Positions 17,903 to 29,007 are shown, counted from the whole stretch's first letter. The stretch: DNA of 62,350 nt, filler included, from Deltaproteobacteria bacterium (GCA_030698575.1; 12 parts of 12 records of this genome joined end to end with filler, not necessarily neighbours in it), one strand, 5' to 3'. Notes: generated by a model not told the origin, from the letters alone. Made by a program: numbers and translations.

Positions 17903-18709
17903 GTGACCAGCTACCAGTTCGCTTGGCCTGGACCTAGCCCTCATTGGCGGGAGGAAGACGCCCAACAGGTGGGGCTCAAGTTCGGCGACAAGGGCACGCA
18001 CACGAGCCGTACGATGATGCTCGAGGAGCTCGCGACGGTATTGTCCGCGGTCCCCGAGCTCGGCACACGAGAGGATTACGAACATGCGATCGTTTCCGAC
18101 AACTGCCTCGGCAAACCCACCGGCTCCACACGTCGGCTGAGCCGCCAACGTCTCGCCGAGCTTTACGCCCTCGATCCGACGGTTCCTCTCTTTAGGGTGC
18201 TGCGGCGACTCTGGCGGGTCGAGGATTCAGGACGACCCCTGCTTGCCCTCTTGTCCGCCATGGCGCGCGATCCATTACTCCGCGCCACAGCGCCCTCGGT
18301 GCTGTCCCTCACGGAGGGTGAGGAGTTCCGGCGAGTCGGAGTACGAGACACTCTCCGTGAGGCGGTGGGAGATCGACTCAATGACAGCACCCTCGACAAG
18401 GTCGTCCGCAACGCCGCGAGTTCATGGAGTCAAGCGGGGCACCTGAGCGGGCGCACGTTCAAGGTCCGTCGGCGTGTGCACCCAACACCTGCGACCGTCG
18501 CATACGCGCTCTATCTTGGCGTCAAGACCGGATTCAGCGGAATCGACTTGTTCACGAGCGGTTGGATAGCATCGCTTGACGCGGACCCATCGACGGCGCG
18601 CGAGGTCGCGTTGACTGCCAAACGACTCGGACTCATCGACCTTCGCTTGTCCGATGACATTTTCCAATTGAACGTCGACCGCCTGGACCCTTGGGCGGGG
18701 AAGGCTTGA
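17903..18709 (+). CDS. brxA: BrxA-like protein (start uncertain)
   Basis: First gene before brxB/brxC; GTHTSRTMMLEEL and SSWSQAGHL motifs. Confidence 0.6.
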   Translation: MTSYQFAWPGPSPHWREEDAQQVGLKFGDKGTHTSRTMMLEELATVLSAVPELGTREDYEHAIVSDNCLGKPTGSTRRLSRQRLAELYALDPTVPLFRVLRRLWRVEDSGRPLLALLSAMARDPLLRATAPSVLSLTEGEEFRRVGVRDTLREAVGDRLNDSTLDKVVRNAASSWSQAGHLSGRTFKVRRRVHPTPATVAYALYLGVKTGFSGIDLFTSGWIASLDADPSTAREVALTAKRLGLIDLRLSDDIFQLNVDRLDPWAGKA

Positions 18710-18712
18710 ATA

Positions 18713-19276
18713 ATGGGCCGCATTGAGGATCTCGCAGAGCGATACGGGCGGGATATCGCGACGCCCTGGCAACGCACCGTCGCCGGTGCGCAGCGGGTCG
18801 TCATGGTGGTATACGACAAGGATCTGGAGCGCACGCTCCGCGCCCGGCGGCAAGCGTTCGAGCTTGAGACGCAAAAGGCCTTGCACGACTGGTTCGAGGT
18901 GGACGTTACAGATGCATTCGGCCGCTGGATGGCGTCCAGCGAATACCGCGAGGCGTACTTCGAGTCTCCGGAAGATCTCGAGCTCAAACTCGAGGCCGAG
19001 TTCGCCGAAGTCGTTGCCGAACGGATTCGAGCCACGCTCGCTCGTCCCGACGTCACGGCGAATTCTGTGGTCGCGGTGCTCGGCGTTGGATCGCTATACG
19101 GGCTAACGCGCGTGTCGAAAGTGCTGAAGCTGGTGGAGGGAGATATCAAGGGACGGCTGGTCGTCTTTTTTCCCGGCCAGTACGAGCAGAACAACTATCG
19201 CCTGCTGGATGCGCGGGATGGATGGAACTACATGGCAGTGCCGATCAGTCTGCACGGCACAGGAGAAACGCAATGA
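18713..19276 (+). CDS. brxB: BREX protein BrxB (DUF1788)
   Basis: GVGSLYG, GRLVVFFPG and YRLLDARDGWNY; ATGA overlap with brxC. Confidence 0.85.
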   Translation: MGRIEDLAERYGRDIATPWQRTVAGAQRVVMVVYDKDLERTLRARRQAFELETQKALHDWFEVDVTDAFGRWMASSEYREAYFESPEDLELKLEAEFAEVVAERIRATLARPDVTANSVVAVLGVGSLYGLTRVSKVLKLVEGDIKGRLVVFFPGQYEQNNYRLLDARDGWNYMAVPISLHGTGETQ

Positions 19277-22200
19277 AGATTACCGAGATCCTACAGCGCG
19301 ATCCGAAGACGAACCCTCTCGTCAACCAGGGGCAGGCGCGCATCGTGGATCGTACCACGGCGCGAGAGGTGGCAGAACTGAAGGCGGAACTGGGCACATT
19401 CGTGTGTGAGGGTGAGTACTCCGAAGCGATCCAGCGGATTCTGTCGTCGTACCTCGCGAACCTGCAACACACCAGCCAAAAGGCCGCCTGGGTGAGTGGG
19501 TTCTTCGGCAGTGGCAAGTCGCATCTCCTCAAGATGCTCTGCCACCTGTGGCAGGATACCGCCTTTGATGACGGGTCCACCGCCCGGAGCCTGGTGCCGG
19601 CACTGCCGCAAGAGATTCGCGCGCTATTGCGCGAACTGGACACGGCTGGCAAGCGGGCCGGGGGCCTGCTAGCAGCGGCGGGGTCGTTGCCGGGCGGTAC
19701 CACCGATAACGTGCGGCTGACCGTGCTGGGCGTCCTTCTGCGCGGCGCGGATCTTCCGGAGCAATACGCCCAGGCGCGTTTTTGCCTGTGGCTACACGAG
19801 CGTGGGTTCTACGACCGCGTGCGTGAGGCCGTAACCTCAGCGGGCAAGTCTTGGGACTCAGAGCTCAACAACTTGTACGTGAGCGATGTGCTCGCGAAAT
19901 CTCTGCTCGGTTGTGATCCCGCGTTTGCTCCCAACGAGGTCGAAGCCCGCAAGACGATCCGGGCCCAGTTCGATCAACCGAAGACGGACATTCCGACAAA
20001 CGAGTTCCTACGAATCGCCAAACAAGCCCTCGCACTCCGGGGGCGCGACGGGCGCCTGCCATGCACGCTGCTCGTTCTGGACGAGGTACAGCAGTATATC
20101 GGCGGGTCCGTCGAGCGTTCCACGCTCGTCACGGAAGTCGTCGAAGCGATCTCGAAACAACTCGATGGCCACGTGATGGTGGTCGGCGCCGGCCAGAGCG
20201 CACTATCTGAGCAGCAACTGTTTCACAAGATGCTCGACCGGTTCACGATTCGCGCCCAGCTCTCCGACACGGACGTCGAGGCGGTGACGCGCAAGGTGCT
20301 CCTCCAAAAGAAGCCGGCAGCAGTCGCAAAGATCCGAGAGTTCCTCAAGCAGCACGACGGGGAGATCTCCCGCCAGCTCCACGGGTCGCGTGTCGGCGCG
20401 TCGATGGAAGACGACGCCGTAATCGTCGATGACTACCCTTTGCTTCCGGTGCGGCGCCGCTTTTGGGAGCACGTCTTCCGGGCCGTGGACTTAGCAGGAA
20501 CGCACAGTCAGTTACGTTCGCAGCTGCGCATCATCCACGATGCGGTGAGCAAGCTGTCGGATCGCGAGCTGGGAGCAGTTGTGGCCGCCGACGAGCTCTA
20601 TGAGGCGCTGGCTCCCGAAATGGTCAACACCGGCGCCCTCCTCAGGGAGATCAATGAGCGGATCATCAAGCTCTCGGAAAGCGGGACGAAGGAAGCCAAA
20701 CTTGCGCGCCGTATCGCGGGGCTCGTTTTCCTGATCGGCAGGTTGCCGCGCGAGGGGGGCGCCGACATCGGGGTCCGCGCCACCAAGGACCACTTGGCGG
20801 ACCTATTGGTCGATGACCTGCGCGGGGACAACGGGAAGCTGAGAAGCGAAGTGGAGGCGACCCTGGCCAGTCTCGCCCAGGACGGTGTGCTCATGCAGGT
20901 CGGCGACGAGTACCGACTGCAAACCCGCGAGGGAAGTGAGTGGGATCGCGAGTACCGTAACCGCCTTACTCGTGTCACAGGTGACGAAGTCGCAATCACA
21001 ACCGAGCGCGAGCGTCTGCTCTACGGGGAGATCGGCCGTGTGCTGGGCAGTATCCGCCTCCAGCACGGCAAGGCAAAGGAGACGCGACAGCTGGCGGTCC
21101 ACCGAGATCAGACGCCACCGCCGCCCGCCACCGATGCGATCCCCGTTTGGATTCGCGACGGGTGGTCAGGGCAGGAAAAGGACATGGTGGACGCCGCGCG
21201 TCGCGCCGGAGCCGATGGCGCCGTCGTGTATACGTTTCTGGCGCGGCAAGCCCCGGAGGACTTCCGCGAGGCCATCGTTGAATCACTCGCCGCGCAGCAA
21301 GCCCTTGATGCGAGGGGCCACCCGACTACGCCGGAAGGGCAGGAAGCCCGCCGCAGCATGGAGAGTCGCGTAGCGCTCGCTACGAAGCGCCGAGACGATT
21401 TGGTGCGTCAAATCGTCGCCAATGCCAAGGTCTTCCAGGGTGGAGGTAGCGAGGTACTCGATAACGTCCTCGACGAGCGACTGCGCTCGGCGGCTAGCGC
21501 TTCCATTACCCGACTATACCCGCAGTTCGACGAGGCTGATGCACTGGCCACTGCGTGGGACAGTGCTATCAAACGCGCCCGCGACGGCGCTGACCACCCG
21601 CTCCAACCGGTGGGGCACACGGGACCGATCGAGGATCATCCTGTATGCCGGCAGGTGCGGCAGACGATCGGGGCCGGCGCGACAGGAACGACGGTGCGGA
21701 AGGCTCTCCGGGCGGCTCCCTATGGTTGGCCGCAGGATGCGATTGACGCGGCGCTCATCGCCCTCCACCGCACGCAGCACGTGACCGTCGTCCTGAACGG
21801 CGTGCCGGTGCAGCTTGGTCAGCTCGACCAGAACAAAATTGCGAAAGCGGAGTTCAAGGCCGAGAAAATCACGCTAAACGCGACCGACCGTATTGCGATT
21901 CGGTCAGTCTTCAGCTCGGCCGGCGTGAATTGCAAGTCCAACGAAGAAGGCCTGCGTGCCGGCGAGTTCCTCGCGGCACTCGGGCGGTTGGCCGACGCAG
22001 CCGGCGGTGACGCGCCCCTGCCGCAACCGCCGTCCCAGGCCGTCATCCAAGAGCTGCGAGCGCTGGTGGGCAACGAGCAACTGGTGGCGATTCGGAATCG
22101 TGCGGAGGATCTAAAGAAGGAGATCGAGAGCTGGAAGAAGACCGCGGATCTCGCCGCGCAGCGTCGTCCCACCTGGGCGCTCGTGGAGCACCTTACGCGC

Positions 22201-22737
22201 CACGCGGCGAGCATTCCCGCCGCGCGCGAGGCGATCTCGCAGGCCGAGGCTATCTGGGCTGGCCGCATGCTCTTGGAGCCGAATGACCCGGCGACGCCGG
22301 TTCGGGCGGCGCTGGCTGGGATGCTGCGTCAGGCAGTGACCGAGGCAAACTCCGAACGACAACGCGCGTATACCGCTGGCACGGCGCGTCTCGAGAGCAG
22401 CAGTGTTTGGAAGCGGCTTCCGGGCCCCGATCAGACGAAGATTCTGTCGGACGTCGCGCTCGTGAAGCCCGGGACAGAAGATGTTCGGACCGATGAGGCG
22501 CTGCTCGCTGCTCTCGACCGCCACACTCTTGAGGCACGCCGCTCGGAGGCCGACGCCGTGGCGGGAAGGGTCGAGCGGGCGCTCGAGCTGGCCGCCCGGG
22601 CTCTCGAACCCAAGGTGCAGATGGTGAGCCTCGAGCGTGCGACGCTCCGGACAGAGGCCGAGGTTGGTGAATGGCTCGATCGGCAGAAAGTAAGGCTGAC
22701 CGAGGCGCTGAAGCATGGCCCGGTGTTCGTAAGCTGA
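19273..22737 (+). CDS. brxC: BREX P-loop ATPase BrxC
   Basis: FVCEGEY, WVSGFFGSGKSH Walker A, LLVLDE Walker B, PYGWPQDA. Confidence 0.9.
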   Translation: MKITEILQRDPKTNPLVNQGQARIVDRTTAREVAELKAELGTFVCEGEYSEAIQRILSSYLANLQHTSQKAAWVSGFFGSGKSHLLKMLCHLWQDTAFDDGSTARSLVPALPQEIRALLRELDTAGKRAGGLLAAAGSLPGGTTDNVRLTVLGVLLRGADLPEQYAQARFCLWLHERGFYDRVREAVTSAGKSWDSELNNLYVSDVLAKSLLGCDPAFAPNEVEARKTIRAQFDQPKTDIPTNEFLRIAKQALALRGRDGRLPCTLLVLDEVQQYIGGSVERSTLVTEVVEAISKQLDGHVMVVGAGQSALSEQQLFHKMLDRFTIRAQLSDTDVEAVTRKVLLQKKPAAVAKIREFLKQHDGEISRQLHGSRVGASMEDDAVIVDDYPLLPVRRRFWEHVFRAVDLAGTHSQLRSQLRIIHDAVSKLSDRELGAVVAADELYEALAPEMVNTGALLREINERIIKLSESGTKEAKLARRIAGLVFLIGRLPREGGADIGVRATKDHLADLLVDDLRGDNGKLRSEVEATLASLAQDGVLMQVGDEYRLQTREGSEWDREYRNRLTRVTGDEVAITTERERLLYGEIGRVLGSIRLQHGKAKETRQLAVHRDQTPPPPATDAIPVWIRDGWSGQEKDMVDAARRAGADGAVVYTFLARQAPEDFREAIVESLAAQQALDARGHPTTPEGQEARRSMESRVALATKRRDDLVRQIVANAKVFQGGGSEVLDNVLDERLRSAASASITRLYPQFDEADALATAWDSAIKRARDGADHPLQPVGHTGPIEDHPVCRQVRQTIGAGATGTTVRKALRAAPYGWPQDAIDAALIALHRTQHVTVVLNGVPVQLGQLDQNKIAKAEFKAEKITLNATDRIAIRSVFSSAGVNCKSNEEGLRAGEFLAALGRLADAAGGDAPLPQPPSQAVIQELRALVGNEQLVAIRNRAEDLKKEIESWKKTADLAAQRRPTWALVEHLTRHAASIPAAREAISQAEAIWAGRMLLEPNDPATPVRAALAGMLRQAVTEANSERQRAYTAGTARLESSSVWKRLPGPDQTKILSDVALVKPGTEDVRTDEALLAALDRHTLEARRSEADAVAGRVERALELAARALEPKVQMVSLERATLRTEAEVGEWLDRQKVRLTEALKHGPVFVS

Positions 22738-22749
22738 GGTAAGCGACGG

Positions 22750-22769
22750 ATGCCCACATTAGCGAAGGA
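22750..22769 (+). CDS. Start of next BREX gene (probably pglX), cut by contig end
   Basis: GAGGT RBS then MPTLAK; identity inferred from position only. Confidence 0.35.
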
Positions 22770-22869
22770 NNNNNNNNNNNNNNNNNNNNNNNNNNNNNNN
22801 NNNNNNNNNNNNNTTAATTAATTAANNNNNNNNNNNNNNNNNNNNNNNNNNNNNNNNNNNNNNNNNNNN

Positions 22870-23924
22870 ATGAGCTTGGCGCTCACGTAGGCCACAAAGG
22901 GGTCCTTCGGCCGCTGCTGGTGGTAGGTGCGATAGTGTTCGAGAGCGAGGGAGATCTCGCCCTTGGTGAAGTAGAGATCGCCCAGATTCTTTTGTACCGG
23001 AATGTTGCCGGGTTCAAGCTCAAGCGCCTTCTGGTACTCGGCGAGCGATTCGTCAATCTTTCCCTTGGCGTTAAAGATGGCGCCGAGGTTGACGTGGGGG
23101 GCCGTGAGCTTGGGGTCGAGCAAAATGGCCTTCTTGAAATGCTTCTCCGCTTCATCGATATCGCGGTGGGCGAATGCGACGGCGCCGAGGATGTTGTATG
23201 CGCCGGCAGATTCGGGATTGAGTTCCAGCGCGCGCTTGGCCATCTTCTCGGCCGAATCGTTGAACTTCTGGTAGTGGTAGGCCAGCGCCAGATTCTCGAT
23301 GATGCGGGCGTCATCCGGCGTTTCGACGATCGCCTGCTCGTAGCTCTGCATGGCCTTGTCGTAGGCCCCGGTATAGAAGTAGAGATCCCCAATCCCCGCG
23401 TTCACCCCGGGATAGTCGGGTTTCATGCCCTGCACTTTCAGAAGTGCGTAGATTGCTTTTTCCTGCTCGCCGAGCTTGGCAAGCGCCGCAGCGAAGTAGA
23501 ACTGCACATCCGGATCAAAAAGATTCTCCCGGGCGGCAATTTCGAGCGTCTCTCCTGCCTGGAGCCAGAGCTTTTGCGCAAGGAGAAAGCGCCCGTGGAC
23601 GTAGAAGGTGTCCGGATCCTCGGGTGCGAGCGCGACGGCTTCCGTCACGTGCTCACGGGCCTCCTCGATCTTATCCTGGTCGATGTAGATCTCGGCGACG
23701 CGCCGGTGAGCCTCGGCCTGGTGCGGGTCATCCACCAGGATCTTCTTGTAGGCCTCCAGGGCCTGTTCGGTCTCTCCGACAGCGAGCAGTTGCCTGGCCT
23801 CGTGAAGATCCTCATTCGACGATTTGCCGCAAGCGGCAATCCCGAACACGATGAGGGCGAGGATCAGGATGCGAGCGAAACTGACTTGATGCAAGGCTCT
23901 CCTCCGATGAATACGGGGGGTCAA
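22870..23924 (-). CDS. TPR-repeat lipoprotein, 3'-truncated
   Basis: IAAC lipobox; many 34-aa TPR repeats. Confidence 0.9.
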
Positions 23925-24049
23925 TCTAGAGCGAACCGGCGATGGGTGTCAATGCGCCATTGTCATCCCTCGCCCCCGCTGGCAGGATAGGCGATGGTGC
24001 TTCTGACGGCATCACCTCGTGGGGCTGATGGGGCCGGGAGAGAAGCGAC

Positions 24050-24973
24050 ATGAAAGACATTCTGGCGCTTGACGTGGGCGGCACGCACATCCGGTCCGCG
24101 TGGGTGACCGACAGCGGGATGCGGGACGACGAGCGCGTTCACGCCGATCTGCGCGGCCTGACGACGGCCGCCGGCGCCGGGGCGCAAGAGGCGCTTCTCG
24201 CCGCGCTCGTCCAGCATATTGAGCTGCGACTCGAGGAAGGGAACGCCCATGCCGTGGCCCTTGGAATGCCCGGTTTCATCGACCGGCACGGCGTGATAGC
24301 GGCGTCGCCCAATTTGCCTGGAATCTCCGATTTTCCTCTGAAGCGCCTTCTCGGCGAAAGGCTCACGCTTCCCGTCACTGTGGCCAACGACGCCCTTTGC
24401 GCGGCGCGGGGGGCCTGGCTGCTCGAGGACCCACGGCCGCCGAGCCTGGCCATGCTGACCCTCGGGACGGGTGTTGGGGGAGGGCTTGTTCTCGACGGGC
24501 GGCCGGTAATCGGCGACGGTGGAACGGCCATGGAGATCGGCCACATCCCGATGGTCCCGAAGGGCCATCCTTGTGGGTGCGGTAAGCGGGGCTGCCTCGA
24601 GCAGTACGCCTCGGCGACGGCGCTGACGCGCATCGATGCAGAGGCCGGCGGCCCAGGCCGCGACGCGCGAGAGCTGGCCGAGGCCGCCAATTCCGGCGAG
24701 GCGCGAGCACGGGAAATCTACCAGGATGCCGGGCGCTATCTGGGCCTGGGGGTGGCCACGCTCGTTCAGCTCGTCGACGTGCGCACGGTGCGCATTGGGG
24801 GAGGGCTCACGCGCTCCTGGAACCTCCTCGAACCGGGCCTCCGATCCAGCCTCGACGAGAATCTCATCCCGCCGCTTCGCGGCAAGATCGATGTGGCCCC
24901 TGTCGCGCCGGAACGGATCGACCAGATAGCGCTTCTCGGCGCCGCGGATCTCGCCTGCCTCGATCTCATTTGA
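24050..24973 (+). CDS. ROK family sugar kinase
   Basis: LDVGGT, ANDA, LTLGTGVGGG, EIGH, CGCGKRGCLE. Confidence 0.92.
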   Translation: MKDILALDVGGTHIRSAWVTDSGMRDDERVHADLRGLTTAAGAGAQEALLAALVQHIELRLEEGNAHAVALGMPGFIDRHGVIAASPNLPGISDFPLKRLLGERLTLPVTVANDALCAARGAWLLEDPRPPSLAMLTLGTGVGGGLVLDGRPVIGDGGTAMEIGHIPMVPKGHPCGCGKRGCLEQYASATALTRIDAEAGGPGRDARELAEAANSGEARAREIYQDAGRYLGLGVATLVQLVDVRTVRIGGGLTRSWNLLEPGLRSSLDENLIPPLRGKIDVAPVAPERIDQIALLGAADLACLDLI

Positions 24974-25211
24974 CCCCAATATACGTTCGCCTCTGCACAC
25001 CGAAATAACCTTCCGTAGCACGAAATTTCATCTGTCCCTGGTTCCAGCAACGGGCTGACTGTGTGGATTTCCTAACACTTCGCGTGTCGGAACACCACTA
25101 CGGGCTAAAGGGCTCCATGCATCCGGTGGCCGACGCGGGCTTTGATCGCGCCGTCCGGGGCAGGGCAGTGTCCGACGCCTGAGTCCGCCGCCACGGAAGG
25201 ATGACAGTCCA

Positions 25212-25946
25212 ATGAAATCTAAATTTTCAGGAATTTTGGTTCTTCTCTTAGCCGTCGCCACGTTCAGCGTCATGGGCGCTCGCAGCGCCGCGGCCGATAC
25301 CATCGTCATCCAGACCGGAAGCGAGGTCTTCACGTCCGCGGGCGGGGATGCGACGGGTGATTTCCTTTCCATCTCCGGCAACGTGACCGAATCGTCACCG
25401 GGGCAGGTCGAAGAGGTGCTGGGCACGCAGACCACGGCGTCACTCCAGGACAACGGTAGCGAGTCGAACAGCTACATGCTCGAAATGGGAACGCTGCGGC
25501 TGCTCCTCGACACCGCGGGGATCACGACGACCAACACGCTGGTCTTCGGCTTCGGCCTCAACGAGACAGGGGCCGTCGGCACCAACTCGGTCACCATCAC
25601 GTCGCTGACCATGTCTTTCGAGCGCGCGGGCGGCGGGACCGATGTCTTCTCGCTGAACGGCGATCAGGTGCAGGTCTACAACTACATTCAGGGGCAGGTC
25701 ACCGCCGAGGCGAAGTTCGAGGTGGGGCTGGGCTTCGACTTCATGAGCGAGTATTCGAACAGTTCGACCGAGAAGTTCATGATCAGCGCCGATATCGACA
25801 ACACGAGCGACGGCTTCGAGATCTTCTTCCTGAGCAGCGGTTTCACGAGCCCGCCGGGCGCGATTCCTGAGCCGGCGAGTCTCTTCCTGCTGGGCACCGG
25901 CCTGGCCGGCATGGCGTCTCGAATCCGCAGGCGCAGCGCTGCCTGA
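25212..25946 (+). CDS. PEP-CTERM surface protein
   Basis: Signal peptide; C-terminal IPEPASLFLLGTGLAG...RRR. Confidence 0.92.
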   Translation: MKSKFSGILVLLLAVATFSVMGARSAAADTIVIQTGSEVFTSAGGDATGDFLSISGNVTESSPGQVEEVLGTQTTASLQDNGSESNSYMLEMGTLRLLLDTAGITTTNTLVFGFGLNETGAVGTNSVTITSLTMSFERAGGGTDVFSLNGDQVQVYNYIQGQVTAEAKFEVGLGFDFMSEYSNSSTEKFMISADIDNTSDGFEIFFLSSGFTSPPGAIPEPASLFLLGTGLAGMASRIRRRSAA

Positions 25947-25967
25947 CAACTCTGCCTCCCCGGCATC

Positions 25968-26002
25968 ACGGCGCCCCGGCTTCGGCCGGGGCGTTGTTAT
26001 TT
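25968..26002 (+). terminator. Rho-independent terminator
   Basis: GC stem, TTCG loop, T-rich tail. Confidence 0.75.
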
Positions 26003-26086
26003 CGAGGCCTCGGCCTTGCGCAATTTCGGATGGTCAGCGCTCCGGTTTGTGTTAAAGTCCCTCCCTGCCATCCAAAAAACCCTTTA

Positions 26087-26125
26087 GCCCTCGTAGCTCA
26101 GCCGGATAGAACACCGGTTTCCTAA
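26087..26125 (+). tRNA. 5' half of tRNA-Arg(CCT), interrupted at the anticodon loop
   Basis: GCCCTCG-TA-GCTC-AGCCGGATA-GAAC-A-CCGGT-TT-CCT-AA; no T-arm or 3' acceptor strand before the contig end. Confidence 0.75.
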
Positions 26126-26296
26126 ATAGGGGCAACGCTTTTCGCGATTCCTAGTCCACTCGCGCACTTGCCGGTTTTCCCTACCATATTTTGCCTNNNN
26201 NNNNNNNNNNNNNNNNNNNNNNNNNNNNNNNNNNNNNNNNTTAATTAATTAANNNNNNNNNNNNNNNNNNNNNNNNNNNNNNNNNNNNNNNNNNNN

Positions 26297-27180
26297 AGCG
26301 GCACGAAGACGTAATCCTGGAACCAGCGGGCCATGGTCATGTGCCAGGAGCCGCGAAGCAGGACGGGATTCCACCGGAGGAGCGGGTAGTCGAAGTTCTT
26401 CGGGAACTGAAAACCGAAGAACGAGGCCAGGCCGCGGGCCATGGTCGAGTAGCCCGAGAAGTCGCAGTAGATCTGGATGGCGAACCCGATCGCGCCAAGC
26501 GCGATGGCGGGTCCGGCATAGGCCCCGGGGTTGTCGAAGACCCGGTCGGCCAGGTAGGCGAAATTGTCCGCGATGACGACCTTCTTGAAGAGCCCGAGGA
26601 GGAACAGCTCGACTCCCCGGATCTTCTCCTCCTCGCGAACGGGATCAGTGCGATAGAGCTGCGGGATGAAGTCGGAGGCCCGGAGGATGGGCCCGGCGAT
26701 GAGCTGCGGAAAGAACGCGACGTAGAGGGCGAAGTCGATGAAATCGCGGCAGGGCTCCGTCGTTCGCCGGTAGACGTCGATCGTGTAGGACATCGACTGG
26801 AAGGTGTAGAAGGAGATCCCCAGCGGGATCAGGACGTCGAGATAGAAAGGCTCCGGATCGACGCCGGAGATGAACGCGATGTTGTCGAGAAAGAAGTTGC
26901 CGTACTTGAAGTAGAAGAGGATGCCGAGGTTCCCGACGAGGCTGGCGGCCAGGTAGGCCCGCCGGGCACCCACCCGCTCGGTACTCCCGATCTGGAGCCC
27001 GAGAACGTAGTCGAAAAAGGTGGTGAACCAGAGGAGCAGGACGAACGGCGCGTTCCAGCTGCCGTAGAAGATGTAGCTGGCGACCAGAAACAGGATGTTG
27101 CGCTTGCGGTCGGTGAGAACGGAGGTCAGCGCGATCACGATCGCGATGAACACCCCGAACTCGAGGCTGTTGAATAGCAC
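26297..27180 (-). CDS. MBOAT O-acyltransferase (AlgI/PatA-like), 3'-truncated
   Basis: MLFNS, PLGISFYTFQ, FFPQLIAGPI, QIYCDFSGYS. Confidence 0.93.
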
Positions 27181-27228
27181 CCGCCGCCCCGCCCGCCGGC
27201 CTGCCGCCCCGCCGGCCCGCCTGAAATC

Positions 27229-28179
27229 CTAGTGCACCATCCGGGGGAAGATCCTGATGGCCGCCTCGGTAAAGCGTTTTTTCCCGGTCGCGTTCAGATG
27301 GGTGTGGTCCCTGAAATCATCCACGTCGAGCGCCAGCATGTCCTCAGCCCGGAGGTACTCGATGTTTTCTTCGCGGACGAGGCGCGCGATCTCAGCCCGG
27401 AGCGCCTGCAACCGGGGCTCCCCCACGAGCAGCTTCATGTGCGGATGAAAGGGCGCTTCGATCAGCACCAACCGGATGCCGTTCTCATGCGCCTTGCGCG
27501 CAAGGAGCGCAATCGCGCGGGTGTTAGGGTTCGGGTAGGTGTCCCCTTGACGATTGCGGACCCACCGGCGGAGGGGTCCCAGCGCCTGGGAGATCTCGAG
27601 CTGGAGCCGCGTTTGCTCGAGCCTCACCCGGTCCCAGGAGGAAAGACCCAGACGCACCGCGAGGGCGCGCTGCAGGGCGTAGCGCTGGCGGAACACGATG
27701 TTCGCCTGGTCGGCGAGCCCCGCAAGATGGAAGCCGGGATCGGCCAGGATCTCCCTCCAGGTGAACAGGTCCCGCACGACGCGCACGTCGTAGTTGTAGA
27801 CTTGACCGGTGAAAGCCTGGGACCTGAGCGCGGCGCCGTTCACCACGAGCAGGATGGCCGCGGGTTTCACAGCAACGAGCTGGTTGGCGAGAAAGCCGAA
27901 GGTGGCGGTAGCGGAGCCGCCGATTCTCAGGATCGTGTACCGCCGCCCCTCGTCCTCGAGCGCCTCATTGAGACTGGACACATCCAGCGCCGAGTCTATG
28001 ACGCTGTCCCCGAGGATGAAGACGTTCTGCGGCCCGGGCGTCGCGGACCGGAGCAGCGCCTCGACGCGGTACGGATCGAGGAGCCCCTCTGGAACTTCCC
28101 GGGCCGCCCAGCTCCAGTGGGCGCTCGAAAGCGTGACGGCCCGATCCAGGGCCACGAGGCCGAGAATCGGGCCGATCAC
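27229..28179 (-). CDS. SGNH/AlgJ/DltD-like periplasmic protein
   Basis: ILGDS and DHTHLN motifs; adjacent to the MBOAT gene. Confidence 0.7.
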   Translation of the reverse strand: MIGPILGLVALDRAVTLSSAHWSWAAREVPEGLLDPYRVEALLRSATPGPQNVFILGDSVIDSALDVSSLNEALEDEGRRYTILRIGGSATATFGFLANQLVAVKPAAILLVVNGAALRSQAFTGQVYNYDVRVVRDLFTWREILADPGFHLAGLADQANIVFRQRYALQRALAVRLGLSSWDRVRLEQTRLQLEISQALGPLRRWVRNRQGDTYPNPNTRAIALLARKAHENGIRLVLIEAPFHPHMKLLVGEPRLQALRAEIARLVREENIEYLRAEDMLALDVDDFRDHTHLNATGKKRFTEAAIRIFPRMVH

Positions 28180-28278
28180 GAGTAGAAACAGGAACCCCGT
28201 CTTGGGTGCGAAGCGAGCGATGGGAGAACGCTCCCGGGCCGGGGCCGTCAGCGCAACTTGCGGTCACGCAAGCGCGGC

Positions 28279-28743
28279 TCAGTCATTCTCGCAGAAGTTG
28301 ACGCAGTCATCGAAGCAGTCGAAGCAGGTCTCCTTCGCCTCGCGGTAGTTGCTGTCGAGAAACGACCGAAGCTGTTGCAGGCCATTCGAGGCCTCCTGCG
28401 CGCACGCCTTGCTGTCGCTCTTGTCCTCATCGGTGTCGCACTCGCTCCCCTTGAAGAGATCGGTGAACTCCCGCCCCGAGGTGTACTGACACTGGTGAGC
28501 GATCCGCGCGATGTCGTTGCACGTCCGGGTCCAGTTCTCGCAGGCCTCCTCGCAGGTCTCCTGGTCATGGCAGCAGGGGTAGAGGAACTTCCAGTCCTGG
28601 ATGGCGTCGGTCGCCAGGCCCAGGCACTCGGAGCTCGAACTGCCACTGCCATTGGTGCCGGCCTGGGCGACCGTCGCGAAGCCGAAGCCAAGCGCAATTG
28701 CCAGCGCTACGAGCACGCTCGCAAGCAATCCGTGGTTCTTCAT
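28279..28743 (-). CDS. Small secreted Cys-rich acidic protein
   Basis: GGAGG RBS, signal peptide, about 13 Cys. Confidence 0.75.
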   Translation of the reverse strand: MKNHGLLASVLVALAIALGFGFATVAQAGTNGSGSSSSECLGLATDAIQDWKFLYPCCHDQETCEEACENWTRTCNDIARIAHQCQYTSGREFTDLFKGSECDTDEDKSDSKACAQEASNGLQQLRSFLDSNYREAKETCFDCFDDCVNFCEND

Positions 28744-29007
28744 GATGGGTTCCCTCCGTTAGGTTGCCCCCGGCCTCCTGGATGCGCCGCAGATATTTCA
28801 GGAAGATTTTCTGATAGCAAGAACCGGGAACTCGATACGACTCCCTATATATGCGAAGCTCGGAAGTCTTGTCAACGTCCTTATCGTCAGGCGGGGCTTC
28901 TGTTTTTTTTGCCTCTCGCGTTGGACATATTGAAGAGCCGTGGTAACTTGTGCCCGGCCATTATCTTCGATCCTCCTTCCCACCCGCTCCCGGGCGTGCC
29001 CGATTCG

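Noticed and set aside
26297-28179. MBOAT plus SGNH-like gene pair
   Set aside because: Standard polysaccharide O-acylation module
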